Shown here: in pieces, positions 38,506 to 46,396 of the stretch | How positions within the stretch are numbered: the stretch's first letter is position 1 | Layout of the letters: each line of letters starts with the position of its first letter | NCBI GenBank assembly: GCA_965223845.1 | Contig: CBDCXR010000004.1 | Span: 1,248,001-1,312,000, forward strand | Length of the DNA stretch: 64,000 nucleotides | From: Planctomycetota bacterium | Lineage (GTDB): Bacteria > Planctomycetota > UBA8108 > SXIK01 | Direction: 5' to 3' | Made by a program: the position numbers and the translations under genes | Notes under the pieces: model-generated | Database searches by the model: none | Told to the model about the DNA's origin: nothing | Seen by the model: only the letters and a program-made list of their open reading frames with translations

Positions 38506-39483
38506 ATGTACGCATCGATTGCGATCGCTCTCGCGGCGGGACTGGCGGTGGTGTTCGTCGGCCTCGCATGCTGCTACGAACGTGTCGTCCCGCCGCTTCG
38601 CCGCCGACTCGGACGGCGAGCCCTCTGCGCTGCGAACCAAGCGGTGTTCGAGCCGGACGAGCGGCGCTCGCGCTGTACGATTCACAGTTTCCGCGCGTGG
38701 CTTCTTCTCTCGGCGATCACGTTCGGCGTTTTCGGTGTGGCGGACGGCGCGATCATCCGGAACCAGCCCGCCGCGATCGCCGAGGTCGCCGGCTACGGCG
38801 CTCTCGCCCTCGCGACGACGAGCGTCGTGTTCCTCGGAGTGTTCTCGTACTTCTGGCTCTTTCCCGGGCTCCGCGCGTACGTGACGCTCAACCGCTGCGG
38901 CTTTCGCAGTCTCTGGGTGCTGCCGGAGTCAGGGCTCCCGCGTGTTCTCTCTGAGGATCTCCTCGAGGAAGCCGCCCACTCGAAGCGAATGACGGTCGTC
39001 GACGTCCTCGGCTTCGAGCTCTTCGTTCAGGGCGCCGGCGGGAAGACCGGGCTCCTCCGGACGCTGATCGATCGACGCCGCGACATTCCGATCTCCGTTC
39101 TCCTCCTCAATCCGCTCAGTCAGGAGCTCGATCCCGATCGACGGATGATCACCGTCTACCAGAGCATCGTCTCGGAGCTCGGACTCGATCCCGCGACGTA
39201 CACGAAACGGCTCCGAGCGACGCTCTCGACGATCGCTCAGCTCAACGAGGAGCGCCCGGAGAGCGGTCAGATCGACGTGCGCTTCTACGGCGAGAAGCCG
39301 ACGATGCGTGCGGTGATCTTCGACGACGCGATGATGGTCTGCCCGTGGGGGCCGCACATCTTCAATGCGGACATGCCGTGCCTCGAGATCCGCCGGCGGT
39401 CGGACGCGCCGTCGTTCTACGAGACGTTTCGCCGCGATGCTGCGCGTCTGTGGAAGAACGCGGTGAGCCAGGTGATGAGCTGA
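38506..39483 (+). CDS. Hypothetical membrane protein: ~3 TM helices + C-terminal DUF5919-like domain
   Basis: GGAGGAGG RBS and hydrophobic N-terminal half. 'ISVLLLNPLS' and 'IDVRFYGEKPTMRAVIFDD' resemble the DUF5919-like pattern (recognised from memory). Confidence 0.7.
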   Translation: MYASIAIALAAGLAVVFVGLACCYERVVPPLRRRLGRRALCAANQAVFEPDERRSRCTIHSFRAWLLLSAITFGVFGVADGAIIRNQPAAIAEVAGYGALALATTSVVFLGVFSYFWLFPGLRAYVTLNRCGFRSLWVLPESGLPRVLSEDLLEEAAHSKRMTVVDVLGFELFVQGAGGKTGLLRTLIDRRRDIPISVLLLNPLSQELDPDRRMITVYQSIVSELGLDPATYTKRLRATLSTIAQLNEERPESGQIDVRFYGEKPTMRAVIFDDAMMVCPWGPHIFNADMPCLEIRRRSDAPSFYETFRRDAARLWKNAVSQVMS

Positions 39484-39552
39484 TCGAAGTTCGAGGAAGC
39501 GCGCGCTCGAGAGACCGCGGCGGCGGGGAACCTGACGGTCCGCTCGGCTCGG

Positions 39553-40353
39553 CTAACCCCGGACGAGGCTCCCGCCGTCGCAGACGAGTACCTGACCCGT
39601 CACCATCGCCGAGCCGCTGAGCACGGAAACGATGGCGGCAGCGACATCGTCCGGCTCGCAGACTCGGCCGAGCGGAGTCGCGGCCGCAGCACTCTGCATC
39701 GTCTCGGAGTACGACGCACCGAGGCCCCGCTCGAGCCAGCGCCCCGCGATGAAGCCGGGCGCGATGGCGTTCACGCGCACGCGCGGTGCGAGAACGCGAG
39801 CGAGAAAGACCGTGAGGTTGTTGAGCGCGGCCTTCGACGCCGCGTAGGGAATCGAGCTTCCGATCGCGGCGATACCGGCGATGCTCGTCACGTTGACGAT
39901 CGCGCCCGCGCTTCGTTCGAGATGGGGACGAGCCGCGCGAGCGCACTGAAAGGGACCGCGTAGATTGACCGCGAAGATCCGTTCCCAGTCCTCGGTCTCG
40001 ACGCTCTCCAGATCGTCGTGGTCGATGAAGCGCGTCGTGCCCGCGTTATTGACGAGATAGTCGAGACGGCCGAACTCGCCGGCCGTCGTCTCGACGAGAC
40101 GGCGGCAGTCGGCGTCCGACGAAACGTCCGCCTCGAGAGCGAGCGCGGAGACACCGAGATCCCGGAGCTCGCTCACCGTGGCTTCGGCCTCGTCGCGAGA
40201 AACGCGGTAGTTGAGGGCGACGGCGCAACCTCGCGCCGCGAGCCGAAGCGCCGTCGCCCGCCCGACGCCGGTGCCGCCTCCGGTGACGATCGCCGCCGCA
40301 CCGCGGAAACGGGGCTCGCGCGCCTCAGCTTGGGTTCGGTCGTTCGAGCTCAC
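39553..40353 (-). CDS. SDR family oxidoreductase (FabG-like)
   Basis: TGGGTGVG, NNAG, 'YAASK', 'VRVNAIAPG'. Confidence 0.93.
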   Translation of the reverse strand: MSSNDRTQAEAREPRFRGAAAIVTGGGTGVGRATALRLAARGCAVALNYRVSRDEAEATVSELRDLGVSALALEADVSSDADCRRLVETTAGEFGRLDYLVNNAGTTRFIDHDDLESVETEDWERIFAVNLRGPFQCARAARPHLERSAGAIVNVTSIAGIAAIGSSIPYAASKAALNNLTVFLARVLAPRVRVNAIAPGFIAGRWLERGLGASYSETMQSAAAATPLGRVCEPDDVAAAIVSVLSGSAMVTGQVLVCDGGSLVRG

Positions 40354-41495
40354 GGGTGGTCCTCGCTCTGCGGTGGCCTCGGGGAAGAAGACGCGGGTGG
40401 ATCGTGCGGAGTCGCCGCCCGAGGGACGACCTCGAGGCGACCGAGCGTACCGCAGATGACGTCACCGCTCGAGAGGACGAGAAGCGAGTCGATGGCATCT
40501 CCGTTCGTCGAATGAATCTTCGTCGCGCGATGCTCCGTCGTCTCGAGCCGCCAGACGTCACCGGCTCGCGTTCCCGCGAGCACGTACGCCGTTCCGTCCG
40601 GCTTCCCGGGCGCTGCGGCCGCGAGGGCCCACACCGCGGACCCGAGCTTTGCGTAGGTCCGTTCGAGCTTCTCCCCGCGGTAGAGGCGCACGCGACCGTC
40701 GGTCGCCCCGGACGCCCAGAACGGCGTGGCTTGAGCTAGACCGTCCGCGGAGTCTCGATCCTCGGCCGCCGGGCCGAGTTCGACGAGAGTCTCGTTGAAC
40801 ACCGCGAGCGAGTGGACCGCGGCGGTTTGCTCACGAAAACGAATCGACGGTCCGGTCGCGTCCGGCCAGTCTGTCCGCCGGACGATGCCGTTCAAGCTGC
40901 CCGAGTAAATCGTTGATGCCGAGCGGCTGAACGCCAGAGCGCGTACGGCGCGCGTGTGCCGCGCGATCTCCCGAGTCTCCGATAGGTCGTCCGGAGCGAA
41001 GAGAAGTCGGCCGTCCGCACCGGCGACGGCGAGACCGTCGCCGCGAGGAGACAGGGCGACCGCGTAGCAGAGATCGTCGGCGACTCGCCGCGAGTGGACC
41101 ACCGTCCCGTCGCCGCGAAGCGTCGCGACCCAGCCCGATTCACCGGGCGTGCCGCCCGCGACAGCGATCACGATCTCCGCAGCCGCAGAGCCGCGATCGC
41201 TCACCGCCGTCGAACCTGGCCTCGCTGGCTGGCTCGCGGGTCGCGGACGACTGCGGGCATCGAGGGCGAACACGCGGAACTCCGGCTCGCCAATCCGCCG
41301 GTCCGGCGCGTCGAGATCGACCCGCTCGAACACGCCGGCCGCGGAGGACGAGATGATGCGTCCGCCGGCGATCGCGAGACCCGTGACGGGACCGACATGG
41401 CTCTCGGCTTGAGACGCGATCGCGACCGGAGTGGCGAGCACCGCAGCGAGCAACGCGACCGACCCGCGGCGAATCTCTGCCGCCGTCTCTCTCAC
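40350..41495 (-). CDS. Exported WD40-repeat protein (divergent)
   Basis: Signal-like N-terminus, 'AGGTPGESG', 'HTRAVRALAFS', 'ASGATDGRVRLY'. 4-nt overlaps with both neighbours. Confidence 0.8.
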   Translation of the reverse strand: MRETAAEIRRGSVALLAAVLATPVAIASQAESHVGPVTGLAIAGGRIISSSAAGVFERVDLDAPDRRIGEPEFRVFALDARSRPRPASQPARPGSTAVSDRGSAAAEIVIAVAGGTPGESGWVATLRGDGTVVHSRRVADDLCYAVALSPRGDGLAVAGADGRLLFAPDDLSETREIARHTRAVRALAFSRSASTIYSGSLNGIVRRTDWPDATGPSIRFREQTAAVHSLAVFNETLVELGPAAEDRDSADGLAQATPFWASGATDGRVRLYRGEKLERTYAKLGSAVWALAAAAPGKPDGTAYVLAGTRAGDVWRLETTEHRATKIHSTNGDAIDSLLVLSSGDVICGTLGRLEVVPRAATPHDPPASSSPRPPQSEDHP

Positions 41496-42784
41496 GCGAG
41501 CGCCTCGCGCACCACTTCCGCGTCGGAGGCGATGATCGGGATCGGTCGGCCGTCCGGACTCTCGAGAACGGCGTTCTTCCGAACGCCGAGGAGGCTGAGG
41601 ATCGTCGCCGCCAAGTCGGCAGGCGACACCGGCCGCTCGCGCGGTTCTTCACCGCGTTCGTCCGTGCGTCCGATCGCGACTCCGCGCGCAACCCCCGCGC
41701 CGTAGAGGAGCGCCGAGTGCGCACGCGGCCAGTGGTCGCGCCCGCCCGCGGGGTTGACGCGCGGCGTTCGCCCGAATTCGCTCGCGACGAGAACGACGAC
41801 TCGCTCCGACAGCTTCCGCCGATCGAGGTCCTCGACGAGGGCGCTCACCGACTCGTCGAGCGCGTTCACCTTCGGCGGAAATCCGTACGTGAGCGCGTGG
41901 TGGATTCGCTGGTGGTGGTCCCATCCGACGTCGCGAACCACGACGCAGCGAACGTCGTTTTCGACGAGCCGCCGGGCGAGGAGGCAGGACTGTCCGAGGC
42001 GGTGCCGGCCGTAGCGGCGCCGCGTCTCGTCGCTTTCACGGGCGAGGTCGAACACGTCGCGTGCCGCCGGGTCGAGCGTGAGCGACCGTGCCTGCGCGAC
42101 GATCGCATCGCGCCGGAGCTCCGCGCGCGACGCGGCCGGCCGGTCGAGCGCATCCTTCGCGTCGAGGAGTTCGAGGATGCGGCGAAGTCCCGGTCGAGGC
42201 GCGAGGTGCTGGACGGCGGGCGAGCGGCGCGACGGGTCGTTTCCGATTTCGAACGGAGCGTTTGCCGCGGCGAGAAAGCCGGGGCCGGCGCTCGCCGGTG
42301 CATCGGGAACGGCGACGTACGCGGGAAGCCCGGCGAGACCGGGAGTGCGCTGGGCGAGCACGGAACCGATCGACGGGTGTCGGAGAACCGGGGACGGACG
42401 CTGGCCCGTGAGCACGTAGTGGGTGCCGCGGTCGTGGTTTCCCTCTCCACTCGTCAGCGTGCGAATCAGAGCACAACGTCCAACCGTTTCGCGCAGACGA
42501 ACGAGCGGCTCGGTGAAGAACACTCCATCGACGCTCGTTCGCGCGGCGGCTAGGCCGACCCTCGTGTCGAGGGGGGCGTCGAGCTTCGCATCGAAGGTGT
42601 CCAGGTGCGAGAGGCCGCCGTCGAGCCACACGATGATGAGGCTTCGGGGATCGGTCGCCGATGAGCCCGCGTCTCGGCCCGAGAGGAGCGGCGCGAGGAA
42701 GGGCAAGGCCGCCAGCGACTCGAGAAACGAGCGCCGGCCGAAGACGGGAACCGGGGTGGAGAGATCGGTCGTCGGCTCGGTCAC
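41492..42784 (-). CDS. DUF1501 domain protein
   Basis: 'GRRSFL', 'WLDGGLSHLDTFD', 'LLARRLVE', 'WDHH', 'EFGRTPRVN..GGRDHW'. Confidence 0.93.
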   Translation of the reverse strand: MTEPTTDLSTPVPVFGRRSFLESLAALPFLAPLLSGRDAGSSATDPRSLIIVWLDGGLSHLDTFDAKLDAPLDTRVGLAAARTSVDGVFFTEPLVRLRETVGRCALIRTLTSGEGNHDRGTHYVLTGQRPSPVLRHPSIGSVLAQRTPGLAGLPAYVAVPDAPASAGPGFLAAANAPFEIGNDPSRRSPAVQHLAPRPGLRRILELLDAKDALDRPAASRAELRRDAIVAQARSLTLDPAARDVFDLARESDETRRRYGRHRLGQSCLLARRLVENDVRCVVVRDVGWDHHQRIHHALTYGFPPKVNALDESVSALVEDLDRRKLSERVVVLVASEFGRTPRVNPAGGRDHWPRAHSALLYGAGVARGVAIGRTDERGEEPRERPVSPADLAATILSLLGVRKNAVLESPDGRPIPIIASDAEVVREALA

Positions 42785-45060
42785 CGGAGGACTCCGAATT
42801 CACGGCTGAGAACGAGCGCCGCAGCGAGATCCCGCGCGACCGACGTGCGGTCCGCCTCGCTCTCGAGGGCGGGCGCCAAACGGTCGATCTCGGCACGGCG
42901 GGGCGGTCGACTCAAAATGAGCAGGTAGAGAGCCTCGAGGAGCTCCTCGGACGTCTCGGCGAAGAAAACCAGATCCTCGACGAGAGTTTTCCCGGCGGCG
43001 AGCGGTTCGGTGAGGACGCCACTGTTGAGAAGCGCCAGCTGGCGCGCGAGCGGCTCGTCCGGCAGGTCGGAGAGTCCGATCTCGATCCCGAGCGCTTGCT
43101 CGACGGATGCGCGGAACTCGCGGTCGTCGAGAGACCTGGCCTCGCGGCGAACGAGCAGCGACGCCAGGCGATTTGCGTCGACGCTCCGCCGCGTGTCGAT
43201 TTCGGCCCCGCTTTCCGCACCCGGATGAGCTGCGAACGGGGGATCGCTCGAGACGCGGTACATCGCCGACGTGACGAGCCACCGTAAGAACGGTCGCGCG
43301 CGGCCGCCGGCGTCCGAGAACGCGCGCGTGATCGCTGTCAGCATGGAACGGTGGATCGGTGGATTCGTCCCGCGATGGTCGTCGACCGGCTCGACGAGAC
43401 CGCGTCCGATGAACGCCGCGAAAATGCGATTCGCGGTGGCGCGTTCGAAGTGCCCGTGACGCTCGTCGAGGACGAAGTCGGAGACGTGCGGCTCCGGCCG
43501 GGGCTCGGTGGTCGTCGGTCGCGGTTCTCCCTCCAGGTCGAGTCGCCGAGGAACGATCGGGTCGCCGGAGTCGGGATGGTAGAAGACCGCCCGGGACCAC
43601 GACCCGCCACGGCGTCGAATCCCCGCGAACGCGGCCGCGAAGCCGAGGTACTCGTTCTGAGTCCAGCGATCGAGCGGGTGGTTGTGGCAGCGAGCGCAGC
43701 CGAGATTGAGTCCGAGAAAGGTCCGGCCGACGTACTCCGCGCGGTCCCGCGCGTCGCGGAATCTCCGCGCGACGGCCGACTCGAAGCTGCGCGCCGCATC
43801 TCCGGTTCCCGCCATTGCGCCCGCCATCACGGACGAGCGTTCCATTGCGCGTTGATTCGATCCGCGACGCGCGCCGCCGGGGCGGGGCGGTCGGCCGAGG
43901 CCCGCGACCCGCACGGTTTCCGCGCGGAGGACGCTCTCGCCGGTGAGCTCGTCGATGACTCGACGCGCCAGCTCGGCGAGCGGGGCGTCGCGTGCGATCG
44001 CCTCGGCGAGCTGCCGGTGGATGCGCCGGGCGTCGATCCGCCGGGCCGCGTCGCGGCTTCGATCGCTGCGCGTCTCGAGCGGTACTTCCCACCACTCCGC
44101 GAGGCGAAACGCGAACTGACGCGCGAACTCGGGCGTCGCGAGCAACTGCTCCGCGGTCGCAGCGACGCGCGCGTTCGCGGGAAGCTCGGAGTACGCGCGG
44201 AGCTCGGACGGCGACGGCGGGCGCCCGACGAGGTCGAGATAGAGCCGGCGGGCGACCACCATCGGAGCAGCCTCGGGATCCGGGCTGAGCCCGACTTCCT
44301 CGAGCGCGCTCCGCCAGGCGACGTCGAGAGCGTGGGAGCTCGGGGGAGCCGATCGCCGATCGGTGTCGCTCGGCGGGAACGGAACCACGAAGTCGAGCTC
44401 CGCATCGCGCTGGGCGAACCGCGCGAAGATTGACGCCTTCCCGGGATTCTTCGCGGTGATGCGCCCCGATGCATCGACCGAGACGACGCCGGGAGACGAC
44501 GACCGAAAGACGGCGAGCGAGGTCACGTCGCGAGCGAAACGGGATCCGCCCGCGATGAACTCCGCCTCGACGCGGGGCGTGCGTTGGTCGCCCGCGCCGA
44601 GAACGATTGCCGAGGAGTCCACGCCGTCGCGACCGAGCGTTAGACTCAGTCGAACGAGCTCCGTCCGGACACCCGAGCGACGTTTCGCTCCGGCGGCGAT
44701 CCACCGCTCGATCGCCGAGTAGGCCGGGAGGTCCGCCGCGAGGACGCGACCCCCTTCGTGCGGGAGGTCGCGCGACGGTTTCCGGAGCACGAGGCTCCGC
44801 CCCGCGTGAACCCGGTCGATGCGGCGACCGCTCAGATCAGTCGTGATCGCGTGGTAGTCCGCATCGGGATCCGTGCCAAAGAGCGAGAGCTTGAATCCGC
44901 CGCGTCCGGTCGCGCTGCCGTGACAGGACGCCGCCGCACAGCCGCTCCGGTAGAGGTGGGGGAGGACGTCGAACGCAAAGTCGTCCGGCGGCGCTTCTCC
45001 GGCGGAAACGGCTGAGAGAACGAGAACGCTCGCCACGCAGACGAACCGCCGCGGGAGCAT
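42781..45060 (-). CDS. DUF1549/DUF1553 protein (divergent, shortened)
   Basis: 'GCAAASCHGS..GRGGFKLSLFG', 'RRLYLDLVGRPP', 'CARCHNHPLDRW', 'GRGLVEPVDD'. Alternative start at 45153. Confidence 0.88.
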   Translation of the reverse strand: MLPRRFVCVASVLVLSAVSAGEAPPDDFAFDVLPHLYRSGCAAASCHGSATGRGGFKLSLFGTDPDADYHAITTDLSGRRIDRVHAGRSLVLRKPSRDLPHEGGRVLAADLPAYSAIERWIAAGAKRRSGVRTELVRLSLTLGRDGVDSSAIVLGAGDQRTPRVEAEFIAGGSRFARDVTSLAVFRSSSPGVVSVDASGRITAKNPGKASIFARFAQRDAELDFVVPFPPSDTDRRSAPPSSHALDVAWRSALEEVGLSPDPEAAPMVVARRLYLDLVGRPPSPSELRAYSELPANARVAATAEQLLATPEFARQFAFRLAEWWEVPLETRSDRSRDAARRIDARRIHRQLAEAIARDAPLAELARRVIDELTGESVLRAETVRVAGLGRPPRPGGARRGSNQRAMERSSVMAGAMAGTGDAARSFESAVARRFRDARDRAEYVGRTFLGLNLGCARCHNHPLDRWTQNEYLGFAAAFAGIRRRGGSWSRAVFYHPDSGDPIVPRRLDLEGEPRPTTTEPRPEPHVSDFVLDERHGHFERATANRIFAAFIGRGLVEPVDDHRGTNPPIHRSMLTAITRAFSDAGGRARPFLRWLVTSAMYRVSSDPPFAAHPGAESGAEIDTRRSVDANRLASLLVRREARSLDDREFRASVEQALGIEIGLSDLPDEPLARQLALLNSGVLTEPLAAGKTLVEDLVFFAETSEELLEALYLLILSRPPRRAEIDRLAPALESEADRTSVARDLAAALVLSREFGVLR

Positions 45061-45091
45061 CGGCACGCGTCGCGCGGCTGGTGCGCCGGAC

Positions 45092-46291
45092 TCAATCGCG
45101 TTCGTTGGGCGCGGAGGAATCACGCGAGCTTCCGGCTCTCTCGCGGCGGCCATCTCCCGCCCCGCGGACTGGCTTTGGTGCCTCTCCGCCGGCGGTGGGA
45201 GAGTGTTTCTGCACGAACGCGCGGGCCCGCCGCTTCGCCGACGCCGTGCCGTAGTCGAGATGGAGCATCAACCGAAACATCTCTACCGCTTGGCGACGAA
45301 GATCCGCGGATTCTCCGGCGCGCTTCTCCACGTCGGCAAAGACGCGGTCCAGATTGTCTTCCGTCGCGTCCGGTTGAATGCTTCGCCGAAGGAGCAAGAG
45401 AAGAGCCGCATCGCTCGGTCGCTCGCCCTGACGCGGTGCTTCGGCCCCGGGGCGCGGCGGACGTCCGCCGCGCGGGCCCCGCATCTCTCGCCGTCCGCCG
45501 CGGCGCCGCTCCGCGCGGAGGTCACGAAGCTCGGCGCGCAGCCGCCTCAGCTCGAGCACGAGTCGGACGGTCTCGTCCCGGAGCGCTGCGCCGTCCTTCG
45601 GGAGCCTTTCCGCGACGAATTTCGCGAGCGCGTCCTCGTCCTCGGGAATCGGCCCGCAGAGCGCGTAGACCATCTCGCGCAGCTTCGCGACATCGTTCTC
45701 TCCCGTGTCGGTGTAGGCGACCGATCGAACGACCTTGGCGTCCTTGGCGAGGACCAGCGTGAGCGTCGCGCGGCGATGGAGCGCGTAGCTTCCTGGACCT
45801 TCGATCCCGTCCGTGCTCACCGTGATCGGGTACGCGAGACGGAGCGCCCGCGAGACACGGACCACCTGCTCCTCCGCGGAGTTGCGGTCGCCCGCGAGGA
45901 GGATGGGATAGCCGCGGAATCCGACCCACCGGAGCTCGATTGCGAGATCGTCGAACGCGCGAATCATCGGCGCGACGTTCCGCGTGATTTCATGGAGAAA
46001 GAGGAAGGCGCCGGAACCCTCCCCGAGTGCCGCCGCGGCGTCGAACTCCGGCTCCGGATACGGACCGATCGGTGCGGAGACGCGAACCGCCTCGAGTTTC
46101 GATCCGGCCGCCGGACCAGAGACGAGCGTCGGGCCGCGGTCGCTGTCGCGCGTCTCGGACGCCTCTGGATCCCGGGCGTGAGCACGCCCTGAATCGTCTG
46201 CAGCATCGGTTGCGGCGGAGAGAAAACCGCCCGCGAGAACGGCGGCGACGAAGCCGGCGGCGGCAGCGCCGGCACGGAGAGTTTCTGGCAT
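45092..46291 (-). CDS. Exported hypothetical protein with a redoxin-like fold lacking CxxC, plus a C-terminal helical domain
   Basis: Signal peptide; 'SGPAAG..L', 'FLFLHE', 'ITVSTDGIEGPGSYAL', 'TLVLAKD.KV' pattern of thioredoxin-like proteins; coiled segment. GAGG RBS. Confidence 0.6.
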   Translation of the reverse strand: MPETLRAGAAAAGFVAAVLAGGFLSAATDAADDSGRAHARDPEASETRDSDRGPTLVSGPAAGSKLEAVRVSAPIGPYPEPEFDAAAALGEGSGAFLFLHEITRNVAPMIRAFDDLAIELRWVGFRGYPILLAGDRNSAEEQVVRVSRALRLAYPITVSTDGIEGPGSYALHRRATLTLVLAKDAKVVRSVAYTDTGENDVAKLREMVYALCGPIPEDEDALAKFVAERLPKDGAALRDETVRLVLELRRLRAELRDLRAERRRGGRREMRGPRGGRPPRPGAEAPRQGERPSDAALLLLLRRSIQPDATEDNLDRVFADVEKRAGESADLRRQAVEMFRLMLHLDYGTASAKRRARAFVQKHSPTAGGEAPKPVRGAGDGRRERAGSSRDSSAPNERD

Positions 46292-46396
46292 GGGAACCTC
46301 CGGGGATCGGCCAAGCAACGCGGCCGAAGCCTGGTCGGCCCGACTCGCGCGCCGGGGATTGGCTTCGAATCTAGCCTCCGCCGTTCGCCGCCCCGC

